Assembly: GCA_934096535.1 (NCBI GenBank)
Contig: CAKOMC010000001.1
Span: 1,255 to 65,254 of the forward strand
Source of the DNA: an uncultured Bacilli bacterium
GTDB taxonomy: Bacteria; Bacillota_I; Bacilli_A; RF39; UBA660
Direction: 5' to 3'
Length of the DNA stretch: 64,000 nt
A program made the position numbers and the translations under genes. Of the stretch, positions 22,686-32,652 are shown piece after piece (within the stretch, counting starts at the first letter, position 1; every line of letters starts with the position of its first letter). The notes beneath the pieces were generated by a model, which saw nothing but the letters and a program-made list of their open reading frames with translations, was not told the DNA's origin and searched no databases.

Positions 22686-23663
22686 CTACTTATCCTTCCT
22701 AGTTTTTTCTGTTTCTTTAACAATGTAGATAGGGCGTTTTTTCGTTTCTAAGTAAGTCTTAGCTAAATATTCACCGATAATTCCTGTGCAGAATAAGTTA
22801 ATTCCTCCAACAAAGAAGATAATACAAGCTAGGCTTGGCCACCCCGCAACCGGATCAGACCAAATAATCGTTCTTACGATAATGACAATTATCATAATAA
22901 ATGCAATTAAGCAAAAAATCAAACCAATAAAAGCAGCAAATAACAAAGGTTCGGTTGAAAAACCGACAATTCCATCAACAGCATAGGAAAATAATTTCCA
23001 GAAATTCCATTTTGTCGTACCGGCACTGCGTTCTTGATTTTCGAATTCAATCCACTTAGTATCAAAACCGACAAAAGAAAATAACCCCTTCGAATAACGA
23101 TTGTATTCTTTTAAAGAAAGGATAGCATCTACCATCTGACGAGTCATCAAACGATAATCACGGGCTCCTGCCACCATTTCGGTCTTGGAAATACGACCAA
23201 TTATATCATAAAACCACTTTGTAAATAGTTTTCTTAAAGGTGAGTACCCGTTACGAGAGGTCGACTTAGTGGCAACACAATCATAGCCTTCTTCGGTAAT
23301 TCCTTTATACATTTCTTCAAGCAAGGCTGGTGGATCTTGTAAATCAACATCCATCGTTGTAACAAAATCCCCCGTTGTTGCTTCTAACCCTGCATACATT
23401 CCTGCTTCTTTACCAAAGTTACGAGAAAATGATACATAACGAACTCTTTTATCTTCCTTAGCTATTTTACGCATAATTTCTAAACTTTTATCTTTTGATC
23501 CATCATTTACAAAGACAATTTCAAAATCCACATAATCCATCTTTTGCATTTGTTTAGTCATTGCCTCATAATATAAAGGAATCGCTTCTTCTTCATTATA
23601 ACAAGGAACAACAATGGATATTAAATTTTTTTTCATAACTACTCTCTTTCTTCTAGCATTCAC
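22686..23663 (-). CDS. family 2 glycosyltransferase, bactoprenol glucosyltransferase GtrB/CsbB-like
   Basis: ISIVVPCYNEEEAI, then DGSKD and the DVDLQDPP region. Two C-terminal transmembrane helices match the GtrB topology. Size is 325 aa. Confidence 0.8.
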   Translation of the reverse strand: MNARRKRVVMKKNLISIVVPCYNEEEAIPLYYEAMTKQMQKMDYVDFEIVFVNDGSKDKSLEIMRKIAKEDKRVRYVSFSRNFGKEAGMYAGLEATTGDFVTTMDVDLQDPPALLEEMYKGITEEGYDCVATKSTSRNGYSPLRKLFTKWFYDIIGRISKTEMVAGARDYRLMTRQMVDAILSLKEYNRYSKGLFSFVGFDTKWIEFENQERSAGTTKWNFWKLFSYAVDGIVGFSTEPLLFAAFIGLIFCLIAFIMIIVIIVRTIIWSDPVAGWPSLACIIFFVGGINLFCTGIIGEYLAKTYLETKKRPIYIVKETEKTRKDK

Positions 23664-23665
23664 TC

Positions 23666-24109
23666 TTAGAATTTACTTTGAATTTTATTAACGATATCGA
23701 TAACTAAAAACATAATAATGATAGCTGAAAAAATTATTAAACCGGATGTGGCATTAATTTCATTAATAATTAAAGTAACATCCATAATACATAAACAAAT
23801 ACATATTATAATAGCGCCCACAATTCCCGCAATATCGCCTACTTTATGGAGTTTTCGCTGGCGAGCTTTATTTTCTAAATAACTTCTAAACAATAATTTA
23901 TTATTTTTAGAAAACATCAAAGCCTCGGGCGTTGTCTTTAAGTTTAAAGCTATTAACTCAGTTAACTCTAGGGAAAAATCCTTTTTTCCTCTTAAATACT
24001 CTTTTAGTTCTTTCTCGCTCATAAACAGACTTTCAGCAAAACTTTTTTGATTAAGTCCTAAAAAGTGCATTCTATCTTCTACTGCCAAACCTATTTTCTT
24101 ATTATTCAT
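23666..24109 (-). CDS. XRE-type HTH protein with C-terminal transmembrane segment
   Basis: An N-terminal helix-turn-helix-like region (LNQKSFAESLFMSEKELKEYLRG) and a C-terminal hydrophobic stretch of ~45 aa. Confidence 0.45.
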   Translation of the reverse strand: MNNKKIGLAVEDRMHFLGLNQKSFAESLFMSEKELKEYLRGKKDFSLELTELIALNLKTTPEALMFSKNNKLLFRSYLENKARQRKLHKVGDIAGIVGAIIICICLCIMDVTLIINEINATSGLIIFSAIIIMFLVIDIVNKIQSKF

Positions 24110-24132
24110 AATATTCCTCTTATTCTTTTTTA

Positions 24133-24168
24133 GATAGTGTGAATAGTTTTACACACTATCCTTTTTTT
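24133..24168 (+). promoter_or_regulatory. 9-bp inverted repeat GATAGTGTG-N10-CACACTATC followed by a T-run (operator or plus-strand terminator)
   Basis: A perfect 9-bp inverted repeat sits immediately upstream of the HTH/TM gene start at 24109. CTTTTTTT follows on the plus strand. Confidence 0.4.
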
Positions 24169-24263
24169 ATTTAACTTTTTTATTTTTAATTTAACTTTTT
24201 ATTTTTTATTTTATGTTTTATATTTTTCTATTTTTAATTTTATATCTAATTTTCTTTAAGCAA

Positions 24264-25268
24264 TTAAATATTTTTTCTTTCATAGTTCCAAGCACTACTT
24301 ACCATATCTTCTAGATTCTTTTGGCAAACAAAACCTAATTCTTCCTTGGCCTTACTTGGATCACTATAACAAGTGGCAATATCTCCTGCGCGTCTTTCGG
24401 CAATCACATAAGGCACATCAATTTTGTTAACTCGTTTGAAAGTTTCAACCATTTCTAAAACACTAACACCTTTACCCATACCTAGATTATAGATAAATAA
24501 ACCACTATGCTCTTTTTCTAACTTTTTTAAAGCTAAAACATGACCACGAGCTAAATCCATAACATGGATATAATCCCTAACCCCAGTACCATCTGGCGTA
24601 TCATAGTCATTACCATAAATACTTAAATGATCTAACTTTTTACTAGCCACACGGCAAATATAAGGCATTAAATTAGCAGGTATGCCGTTTGGATTTTCTC
24701 CTAAAAGACCAGAATCATGAGCACCAATTGGATTAAAATATCTTAAAATACAAAAATCATTCGTTTTATCAGCATTATATGTATCTTTAAGAATTTGCTC
24801 TACAAATAACTTACTAGTTCCATAAGGATTAGTTGTTCCACCAGTCTTACATTCTTCAGTAATTGGGACAACCTCAGGATCCCCATATACTGTTGCTGAG
24901 GATGAGAACACTAAATTCTTAACATCATATTCCTTCATAGCTTTAAGTAAATTTAAAACTGAAGAAACATTATTCATATAATATTCAATGGGTTTACTAA
25001 CAGACTCCCCAACAGCTTTATAAGCCGCAAAATCAATAACGCTAGTAATTTTATTTTCGCTAAAAATCCTTCTTAAAACCTCAATGTTTTGCATATCACC
25101 TTCATAAAAAGTAATTTCTTCATTAGTAATCATAAAAATTCTATCTAAAACATCTTTTTTACTATTAGAAAAATTATCTAAGCCTACTACTTCATAACCT
25201 GCTTTTATAAGCTCTACGCAAGTATGACTTCCTATATATCCACAACAACCTGTAACTAAAACTTTCAT
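24264..25268 (-). CDS. galE: UDP-glucose 4-epimerase
   Basis: The N-terminus MKVLVTGCCGYIGSHTCVELIKAGYEVVGLDNFSNS (Rossmann fold) and the YxxxK region in a 334-aa protein follow the GalE pattern. Confidence 0.88.
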   Translation of the reverse strand: MKVLVTGCCGYIGSHTCVELIKAGYEVVGLDNFSNSKKDVLDRIFMITNEEITFYEGDMQNIEVLRRIFSENKITSVIDFAAYKAVGESVSKPIEYYMNNVSSVLNLLKAMKEYDVKNLVFSSSATVYGDPEVVPITEECKTGGTTNPYGTSKLFVEQILKDTYNADKTNDFCILRYFNPIGAHDSGLLGENPNGIPANLMPYICRVASKKLDHLSIYGNDYDTPDGTGVRDYIHVMDLARGHVLALKKLEKEHSGLFIYNLGMGKGVSVLEMVETFKRVNKIDVPYVIAERRAGDIATCYSDPSKAKEELGFVCQKNLEDMVSSAWNYERKNI

Positions 25269-25705
25269 TTTTCTTCCTTCTTTCTAAAAACAAATACTTT
25301 ACTTAATATGTAGTTACCAACAATTACTAGGACTTGACTAATTAATTTCATAATCTTATCATTACCATGTAATATCGTTACGCCAATTCCCATGATAGCC
25401 ATATCTAGAAGTAATGTTGTAATTCTAGCTCCTACAAATGAAGTAAATTCTTTGATCTTATTTGTATTTTGGGATTCAAAGACAAACTTGCGATTAGTAA
25501 AATAAGCAAATAAAACGCCAGCAATCCAAGAAATAACATTGGCAACTTGTAACATTACAGCGTTATCGGGATTAATTATTGTATAAGTTAATCCATAGTA
25601 AACAATCAAACTAATTACGGTTGTCAATACTCCAAAAATCAAATAATTAATAATTTCTTTGTATTTTGTATACATTTTCTTTATCATAACAAACCTCGAT
25701 ATCAA
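25265..25705 (-). CDS. GtrA-family polysaccharide-synthesis flippase-like protein
   Basis: A 146-aa protein with four transmembrane helices in the GtrA pattern (INYLIFGVLTTVISLIVYY...). It overlaps galE. Confidence 0.7.
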   Translation of the reverse strand: MISRFVMIKKMYTKYKEIINYLIFGVLTTVISLIVYYGLTYTIINPDNAVMLQVANVISWIAGVLFAYFTNRKFVFESQNTNKIKEFTSFVGARITTLLLDMAIMGIGVTILHGNDKIMKLISQVLVIVGNYILSKVFVFRKKEEK

Positions 25706-25910
25706 TATACCATATATCTTCTGGTTTTTCCATTAGTTTAAATATTATTAAGGGTTATTTTTATAATTTTTTTAATATAAGTTTATGTTTTCTTCCCACC
25801 CTCCACTCCCAGAATAGTATGTTTTATAAAAATAGTATTAAAAATATATTTAATTTTAGATAACCAGCAATTACTTCAACTAAAAAAATTAGGTAATTAG
25901 CCTAAATTTT

Positions 25911-27113
25911 TTAGTTATCATTAAGTATCATTGTTATTCTAGCAAAACCATTACCATGATTACCCGTCATTTCAGTATTATCTATATGTGATGGCATTTT
26001 CAAATAATCATCTTTTTCGGTTGTCCAGTTATACCCATTACCATCAATCATTACGGTATTTGTAAAATAAAGTCCCGAATAATGAATACTCCCGCCAGTA
26101 TGAATTATATTATCTTCAGTACTTTCTTTTTTTATTGCATCGCAACCATTATGCCCAGAAATGAAAGATGAACCTCCGGCTCCCGAAGAAACATTTGCAA
26201 ATGTACTTAATCCGGAACCACCGCCGTAATATCCGCCACCACCAGTTCCATAGCTATCACAAGCATCAACAGCATAACCGAATTTGCTATTACAAGTAAG
26301 ATTAGAACCAACTCCATAACTAGTTTGACTACCACCAGTTGCAACTTTATGAATATGGCTATAATCTCCACTTCTAATATTACCACTATAACCAATTAAA
26401 CCACCAGCAGCACCACCAATTAAAGAAGAATTCAAATATTTTCCAGTTCCTGCGCCACCTGCCGCGACCATAATTCTTGATTTTAAGGAATTAAAATCAT
26501 TCCAATTACCATTAACTATTCTAATATCGGTGGCACCACCGCCACCCGTATATTTTCCATCGGTTCCAGAGCCTCCAGCGGCTCCACCATTATAACCACC
26601 TTTAATGGAAAAAGTGGAACCACCAACATAAATATATAATTTTTGATTTTTTTCTAAATTGATTGTTCCCGAAGTATAACCACCTAATCCACCTTGATAA
26701 GTTGTATCACTAATAGTTACATCACCACCACTTGCTCCCCAAGCTTCAATTTTATATGTCCCCTTAATTGGAGCCGTAAAGGCTTGAACATTACCAGTAT
26801 AATCAAAATTAAATACGGTATCGCCATTATAAAAATATAAATTACATTTAACCTTTTTAGTTAAATTTTTTAATAACAACCCCCAAGACTCATTATCCCA
26901 CACTGCCTCAATATTTTCATCATCACATACAGCCTCATCAAATATAGCTTCCCCTTTTTTAGGAAAATCATCTTGCCTAACATTATTCATAAAAACGCCA
27001 AGTTCAGAACTATTTAATAACTTATTATCTTTATCATTAAATTGAATATTTCTAAAAATTAAAAGAATACCAACTAATAAAAGCACCCAGAAAAATCTTT
27101 TCATTATTATCAA
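25911..27113 (-). CDS. secreted glycine-rich protein, member of the 'C..W.L..KKxKCNLYF' N-terminal-module family
   Basis: Signal anchor, then AVCDDENIEAVWDNESWGLLLKNLTKKVKCNLYF (the shared module). About 250 aa of Gly-rich repeats follow (GGAAGGSGTDGKYTGGGGATD..., AAGGAGTGKY...). Confidence 0.75.
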   Translation of the reverse strand: MIIMKRFFWVLLLVGILLIFRNIQFNDKDNKLLNSSELGVFMNNVRQDDFPKKGEAIFDEAVCDDENIEAVWDNESWGLLLKNLTKKVKCNLYFYNGDTVFNFDYTGNVQAFTAPIKGTYKIEAWGASGGDVTISDTTYQGGLGGYTSGTINLEKNQKLYIYVGGSTFSIKGGYNGGAAGGSGTDGKYTGGGGATDIRIVNGNWNDFNSLKSRIMVAAGGAGTGKYLNSSLIGGAAGGLIGYSGNIRSGDYSHIHKVATGGSQTSYGVGSNLTCNSKFGYAVDACDSYGTGGGGYYGGGSGLSTFANVSSGAGGSSFISGHNGCDAIKKESTEDNIIHTGGSIHYSGLYFTNTVMIDGNGYNWTTEKDDYLKMPSHIDNTEMTGNHGNGFARITMILNDN

Positions 27114-27166
27114 CCTACTATCTTCTTTATTTTATCATCTATTGGACCCTCTGTCCATATATTTTT

Positions 27167-27430
27167 ATGGATAATTTGTCCATACTATTCTTAGGATGTG
27201 ATAAAATGTTACATGATGATACTTACTATTTTGATATAATAAGAGCTAATATTAAAAAAGAGCGGGAAAAGAAAGGCTTAACTCAACAACAACTTGCTGA
27301 CAAAGCCGGTATTACTATGAATTATTTAGCCAAAATTGAAAGTCAAAAGATGGGTCGGGGCTTTACTATTGTAATTCTTGGCCGCATTGCTGATGCTTTA
27401 GAAATCGACATAAAAAATCTTTTTAATTGA
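27167..27430 (+). CDS. XRE-family HTH transcriptional regulator
   Basis: LTQQQLADKAGITMNYLAKIE is a helix-turn-helix. It is divergent from the Gly-rich family gene. The true start may be the Met at ~27209. Confidence 0.7.
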   Translation: MDNLSILFLGCDKMLHDDTYYFDIIRANIKKEREKKGLTQQQLADKAGITMNYLAKIESQKMGRGFTIVILGRIADALEIDIKNLFN

Positions 27431-27449
27431 CTTAAAATTAAAAAAAGAA

Positions 27450-27977
27450 TTAATCTCTTTTCAAGGTTAATTCTTTATTTTTAGGCTTACTTTCTTGAAC
27501 TACAATTTTATCATACAAAGCATTGGGAAAACTAATTAATGTTTTTAAACCCGATAGTTCATAATTTTTATCTTCTGTATAATGTTTAGGAATAACTACA
27601 TAATCATGATAATCAAAAAGTTCATTTAAACGATAAGCTAAAAAAATCCCATCTTTCTCATAAAGTGCTAAGTACATTGAATAACGGTTTGCCTTGGTAT
27701 AATTATAATCTAGACAATCATCATCATCTTTAAGAGGCATAGTTCTTTGAAATTGTCTACCAACATATTCGGAACTTTTTAAAAATTCTTCTAAGCTAAT
27801 AAAGTATTTATTTACTTCATCTAAACTAGCAAACTCTTTTCTATAATCTTCACAAGTTAAAATATAGCCATTTTCCATTTCTTGTAAATGCCAAAAGCCA
27901 TTCAACCCACCAATGTTAAGAGAATACTTTTCTTCCTTTCCGTCTTTATCTCTTTTAATATAAATATTACTCTGCAT
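27450..27977 (-). CDS. hypothetical protein (175 aa)
   Basis: ORF only. Confidence 0.4.
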   Translation of the reverse strand: MQSNIYIKRDKDGKEEKYSLNIGGLNGFWHLQEMENGYILTCEDYRKEFASLDEVNKYFISLEEFLKSSEYVGRQFQRTMPLKDDDDCLDYNYTKANRYSMYLALYEKDGIFLAYRLNELFDYHDYVVIPKHYTEDKNYELSGLKTLISFPNALYDKIVVQESKPKNKELTLKRD

Positions 27978-28153
27978 AAATAATCCCCCACTTTAACTAG
28001 TACTCATTATAACTTCAGAACACCAATATACTATATTTTAAGTTTTCTCGCAAGTAACAATCTTTAAATTTAAGCCTTTTTTTGGTTTTTTCTAAAAAGA
28101 TTTTTCATATTATTCTTATCCTCCCAAGAAAAAAAGAACCTTAAGTTCATTTT

Positions 28154-28510
28154 TTATAGTTGGACACCATATTTATTATCTTCAGTAACGCTTGGACTAC
28201 ACATAGCAACTAAAACTAAAATCCAACCAATTACAGGAATAATATCCATTAGAAGATACCAACCGGATTTATTAACATCATGCATTCTTCTAACAGCTTG
28301 GGCTAGACATGGAATTAATAATATTAAAGCATAAATTGCTGCAAAAATATCATAAATTTTTAATTTAGTAACCTTAGCAACAAAGCCAACTATTAAAGAT
28401 AATACAAAGCTTACTACTATATTCATTAAAATAGCTACCCAAAAATCTTTTCTCGTTGTTCTATCTTTAAAATTGAAATAGTTAATAAACATTTTTTTAA
28501 AAGACTCCAT
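28154..28510 (-). CDS. DUF805-family inner membrane protein (YhaH-like)
   Basis: RKDFW...RRMHDVNKSGWYLLM...IPVIGWILVL is the DUF805 signature. Confidence 0.75.
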   Translation of the reverse strand: MESFKKMFINYFNFKDRTTRKDFWVAILMNIVVSFVLSLIVGFVAKVTKLKIYDIFAAIYALILLIPCLAQAVRRMHDVNKSGWYLLMDIIPVIGWILVLVAMCSPSVTEDNKYGVQL

Positions 28511-28589
28511 ATAAACTCTATCCTTTCCTATTTTAATATAGCACTATTTTATAATTTTAATCAAGCATTAAATAAAAATTGATGCCCTT

Positions 28590-29078
28590 TTATCGTAAGT
28601 TATATACACCCTTATTTTTATAAATAATCTTGGCCACATTTCTATTATCATTTTTAATTAAGTAATCATTACCACTTTTTTCAAGATGATAATTTTTATT
28701 TTCAGCCATTATCTTTTTTACTATGCTTTCCAAACTATATATTTGTCCTTTATAAAAACAAATTGGATATTTAAAATTACTATCCATTGCTGGATAAATA
28801 TCATCTATATCTTGTAAATATTCTTTATTCATAAAATTCATATTACTTCTTAAATTAACATATTTATTTAAAACATTGTATCTCGTCTCATAATCATTTA
28901 ATTCTAAAAATAATTTACCAACTTCTGTCAAAAAATATTTACATTTATACTTCCTTTCTTGTAACTTTGAAAGTTCAATAATCATCTTTTTTTGATAAAG
29001 ATAATCAAAATCCGTATTTTGGATATCTAGATCTTTTACTAGATAACCGCTAACATTATTAATAATATATTTTTGCAT
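28590..29078 (-). CDS. hypothetical protein (162 aa)
   Basis: ORF only. Confidence 0.35.
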   Translation of the reverse strand: MQKYIINNVSGYLVKDLDIQNTDFDYLYQKKMIIELSKLQERKYKCKYFLTEVGKLFLELNDYETRYNVLNKYVNLRSNMNFMNKEYLQDIDDIYPAMDSNFKYPICFYKGQIYSLESIVKKIMAENKNYHLEKSGNDYLIKNDNRNVAKIIYKNKGVYNLR

Positions 29079-29277
29079 ATTTCATCACCTAAATATTATT
29101 TTAATAATTATCTCAGTTTTTGCAACTACTCAAATTTTAATTTTAGTGTTATTTTCCTTGCTAAATCTTAAATTTGGTCTATTAATATTTCATGTTTTGA
29201 AAAAAGGTTTTAAAAAAAAATAACTGTTAAGAAGTTTGAAAACAAATCTATAACAGTTACTTTTATTAAAATATAAA

Positions 29278-30171
29278 TTACTCCCAAAGATTAGCAGGAT
29301 ATTCGCCATTATCAACTAATTCTTTTAGGGCTTGTCTTACAGTATCAGCATCTTCTCTATAAGTTACACCATACCATACACTAGTTGTATCCATTACTTT
29401 AACGGTGATATCTTTTTTGGCAATATGTTCGCAAACAACATCAGGAATCAAAAATTCACCTTCATTTAAATTATCTTTATGTTTAGCAAAGTATTCTTTA
29501 ATATCTTTATTTAAAATATTAAAAATATCTTTAGTAAATAAAAACATATTCATTGATACTAAAGTATCATTACTTACTTTAAATGATGCCTCCCCATTTA
29601 AAGGACTAGCAGTTATAACGCCATTAATTTCTTCAACTTTCGATTCAATAAGACTAGTTAAATAGCCATCACTTGATGAACAAACACCACGCTTTACAGC
29701 ACCGTTAGCCGTTAAAGTATTGCTAGCTCGGTACCCAACCATCCCAAAATCATGACCAGTAATGCCACTTTTTAAGAATTCGGCTGCTTTAAGATAAGCA
29801 TCTCTACCATAAAAATCATCAGCATTTATAATAGCAAAGTTATCTTTTACAACATCTTGACAACAATAAATAGCATGGGCTGTTCCCCAAGGTTTAACTC
29901 TATCATTTTTTAAATATTCTTTGGGAATATTATCCATATCTTGATATACATAACTTACAGCAATCTTGCCTTCAATTCTTTTTCCAATTGTTTCCTTAAA
30001 TACTTCAGCATTTTCTCTTTTTATAATGAAAACAACTTTATCAAAACCAGCTTTAATGGCATCATATATCGAATAATCGATAATAAATTCGCCATTTGGT
30101 CCCATTGGTTCAATTTGTTTTAAGCCGCCAAATCTTGAACCCATTCCAGCAGCCATAATTACTAATTCCAT
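29278..30171 (-). CDS. sugar-phosphate nucleotidyltransferase family protein
   Basis: The N-terminal MAAGMGSRFGG resembles the G-x-G-(T/S)-R nucleotidyltransferase motif. Size is 297 aa. Confidence 0.55.
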   Translation of the reverse strand: MELVIMAAGMGSRFGGLKQIEPMGPNGEFIIDYSIYDAIKAGFDKVVFIIKRENAEVFKETIGKRIEGKIAVSYVYQDMDNIPKEYLKNDRVKPWGTAHAIYCCQDVVKDNFAIINADDFYGRDAYLKAAEFLKSGITGHDFGMVGYRASNTLTANGAVKRGVCSSSDGYLTSLIESKVEEINGVITASPLNGEASFKVSNDTLVSMNMFLFTKDIFNILNKDIKEYFAKHKDNLNEGEFLIPDVVCEHIAKKDITVKVMDTTSVWYGVTYREDADTVRQALKELVDNGEYPANLWE

Positions 30172-30172
30172 A

Positions 30173-32299
30173 TTAATCTACCTTTCTTATCCCCTTAAAA
30201 TTCTTCATAATTTTCTTTATTCCGAAGCGACTACTAAAAGCTACGGTATAAAATGTATTATCCATCGCTACAACTGTTCCCCTACCATATAATGAGTGCA
30301 TTAAATGGTCGCCCACTTTAAGTTCTTGCATCGCTGTCTCATTATTATAAAAACTGTTCTTATTAGAAAATGTAGGAATTCTACCGACATTTTTACTTCT
30401 TAATCTTTCTAAGCTTGTATTTTTAACTTTAATATCTAATAAATTTTTATCAATTTCTTTAATAAAGCGTGATGGCGGATTTACTTGTTCTCGACCATAA
30501 AGAATACGACTATGAGCATTTGTTAAATATAAAACTTTGCGGGCTCTTGTAATACCAACATAGCATAATCGGCGTTCTTCTTCGATTTCCGATTCACTTC
30601 CAAAGGCGTTTTGATGAGGAAAAATTCCTTCTTCCAAACCGCATATGAAAACACAATCAAATTCTAAGCCCTTAGCGCTATGAACGGTCATTAAAGTTAC
30701 CGCATCTTTTTCTTCTTTATGTTCACTCATATCAGCAACTAAAGATATTTCTTCTAGAAAATCGCTTAAATTTACTGACCCAGTCCTCTCTTCAAACGAA
30801 GCGGTAACAGATTTAAATTCTTCTAAGTTGTCTAATCGCAAATCATTTTCTAAAGATTTTTCTTCGGTAAGGCTAGCTCTAATACCACTCTTATCTATAA
30901 CATAATCTATAAATTCGGTTAAAGATAAATCTTCTTGGGCTTTAACCATATCTAATATTAAATCTTTAAAAGCCAATTCCTTACCCTTAGTAATGGCTTT
31001 AAACATACTACTACCATTTGTTGTTGCTTCATTACTTAGATTTTCAATGGCTTTCTCACCAATACCACGCTTTGGTTCATTAATTACTCTTCTTAAAGCA
31101 ATATCATCATCTTGATTATTAATAAGTTTCAAATAACTTAATAAATCTTTAATTTCTTTTCTTTGATAGAAGTAATAGGCCCCAACAACATTGTAAGGAA
31201 CATTCTCTTTTAAGAAAACTTCTTCTAATAAACGCGATTGCCCATTGGTACGATAAAGAATACCAATATCTTTATAGTCATAACCTTGGTTATATAACTT
31301 TTTAATTTCTTCAATAATTGTTAAAGCTTCAGCTTTCCCATTTTCACATGTAATATACTGGGTTTTAACTCCTTCACCTATCGTTCCTTTTAAATTTAGT
31401 TCTTTGCGTTCTTTATTATTTCTAATAACACAGTTAGCACATTCTAAAATGCTATTAGTACTACGATAGTTACTCTCTAATGTAACAACATACGCATCTT
31501 TATAATCTTTTTCAAAATTTAGAATATTTCTAAAATTAGCATTACGAAACCCATAAATTGACTGATTAGCATCACCAACAACAAATAGATTACGATATTT
31601 ACTAGCAAGCAACTTATTAAATTGATATTGAACTTCATTAGTATCCTGATACTCATCTACTAAGATATATTTAAAATGTTCCTGATATTTATCCAGTATT
31701 TCGGGATATTTTTTAAATAATTCGACTGGTAAAACCAATAAATCATCAAAATCGACTGAATTATTTTTATGAATTAATTCTTGATATGTTTCATATATTT
31801 CTAAAATTTGCTTTTCAGCTGGGGTATTAAAAATATTATCCATTTCTCTTTGACTTAAATTTTCATTTTTAATAAAACTAATTCGGTTCCGAACATAAGA
31901 AGGCGCTAACTGTTTAGGGTCTATCTCCTTATTTTTCATAATTCTTTTAATTAAACTTAAAACATCATCACTATCTAAAATAGTAAAATTAGGACTTAAG
32001 TTACATTCACTACAATTTTCTCGTAAAATTCTTACGCCCAAGGAATGAAAAGTTCCTACAAAAGCATAGTTATCGGGAACTAAAGCTTGTACTCTTTCTT
32101 TCATTTCTTTAGCGGCTTTATTAGTAAAAGTTATAGCTAAAATATTATAAGAAGGAATACCATTATCAATAAGGTAAGCTATTCTTGTTGTTAAAACTCT
32201 GGTTTTCCCAGAGCCAGCTCCTGCTAAGACTAAACACGGTCCATCAAGATGCATGACAGCTTTTTTTTGCTCGTCATTTAAAGTATTTAAGTAATCCAT
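30173..32299 (-). CDS. pcrA: ATP-dependent DNA helicase PcrA/UvrD
   Basis: LNDEQKKAVMHLDGPCLVLAGAGSGKTRVLTTRIAYL (motif I), then DEYQDTN and VGDANQSIYGFRNA. Size is 708 aa. Confidence 0.92.
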   Translation of the reverse strand: MDYLNTLNDEQKKAVMHLDGPCLVLAGAGSGKTRVLTTRIAYLIDNGIPSYNILAITFTNKAAKEMKERVQALVPDNYAFVGTFHSLGVRILRENCSECNLSPNFTILDSDDVLSLIKRIMKNKEIDPKQLAPSYVRNRISFIKNENLSQREMDNIFNTPAEKQILEIYETYQELIHKNNSVDFDDLLVLPVELFKKYPEILDKYQEHFKYILVDEYQDTNEVQYQFNKLLASKYRNLFVVGDANQSIYGFRNANFRNILNFEKDYKDAYVVTLESNYRSTNSILECANCVIRNNKERKELNLKGTIGEGVKTQYITCENGKAEALTIIEEIKKLYNQGYDYKDIGILYRTNGQSRLLEEVFLKENVPYNVVGAYYFYQRKEIKDLLSYLKLINNQDDDIALRRVINEPKRGIGEKAIENLSNEATTNGSSMFKAITKGKELAFKDLILDMVKAQEDLSLTEFIDYVIDKSGIRASLTEEKSLENDLRLDNLEEFKSVTASFEERTGSVNLSDFLEEISLVADMSEHKEEKDAVTLMTVHSAKGLEFDCVFICGLEEGIFPHQNAFGSESEIEEERRLCYVGITRARKVLYLTNAHSRILYGREQVNPPSRFIKEIDKNLLDIKVKNTSLERLRSKNVGRIPTFSNKNSFYNNETAMQELKVGDHLMHSLYGRGTVVAMDNTFYTVAFSSRFGIKKIMKNFKGIRKVD

Positions 32300-32363
32300 A
32301 TTATGTCCTCATTTCTTGTTCTTATTATACCAAAGGTTAACAATAAAGGAAAGAAAAAAGCAA

Positions 32364-32651
32364 CTATAGATACTCTACAATTGCAATATTTTTCTGTAAT
32401 TTATCAACTAAATCAGCTTGGTCATATTTATTAAATATTTCAGTAAAAGCACTGTTATCCATTAAGAACATACTATAGTAATTATTAAATATTTCTTTAT
32501 AATTTAATACACCTAGATTTTTTAAATATCCAATATTAGCGCCTACTAATTTTTGTTCTTCTGTTAAAGCTTTTTTTAATGTTTGACAAATATTTTCTTC
32601 TAACCATTTTATTTCAGTTTCTTTAAAACCATAATTTTCTAAATAAAGCAT
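32364..32651 (-). CDS. hypothetical protein (95 aa)
   Basis: ORF only. Its stop abuts the upstream gene. Confidence 0.35.
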   Translation of the reverse strand: MLYLENYGFKETEIKWLEENICQTLKKALTEEQKLVGANIGYLKNLGVLNYKEIFNNYYSMFLMDNSAFTEIFNKYDQADLVDKLQKNIAIVEYL

Positions 32652-32652
32652 A

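Noticed and set aside
24170-24260. Short tandem 'tttaactttttta/ttttt' repeats
   Set aside because: This is low-complexity AT-rich intergenic DNA. There is no defined repeat unit and no coding or structural signal.
26207-26395. 62-aa ORF inside the Gly-rich gene, plus other short antisense or same-strand nested ORFs (7817-8044, 11262-11640, 18575-18775, 20187-20468, 22786-22986, 29405-30123, 32837-33952, 38547-39275, 40350-40640, 46992-48113, 50217-50399, 50858-51040, 57372-57989, 58037-58228)
   Set aside because: All are nested within or antisense to well-supported longer genes and have low-complexity compositions. None has independent support.
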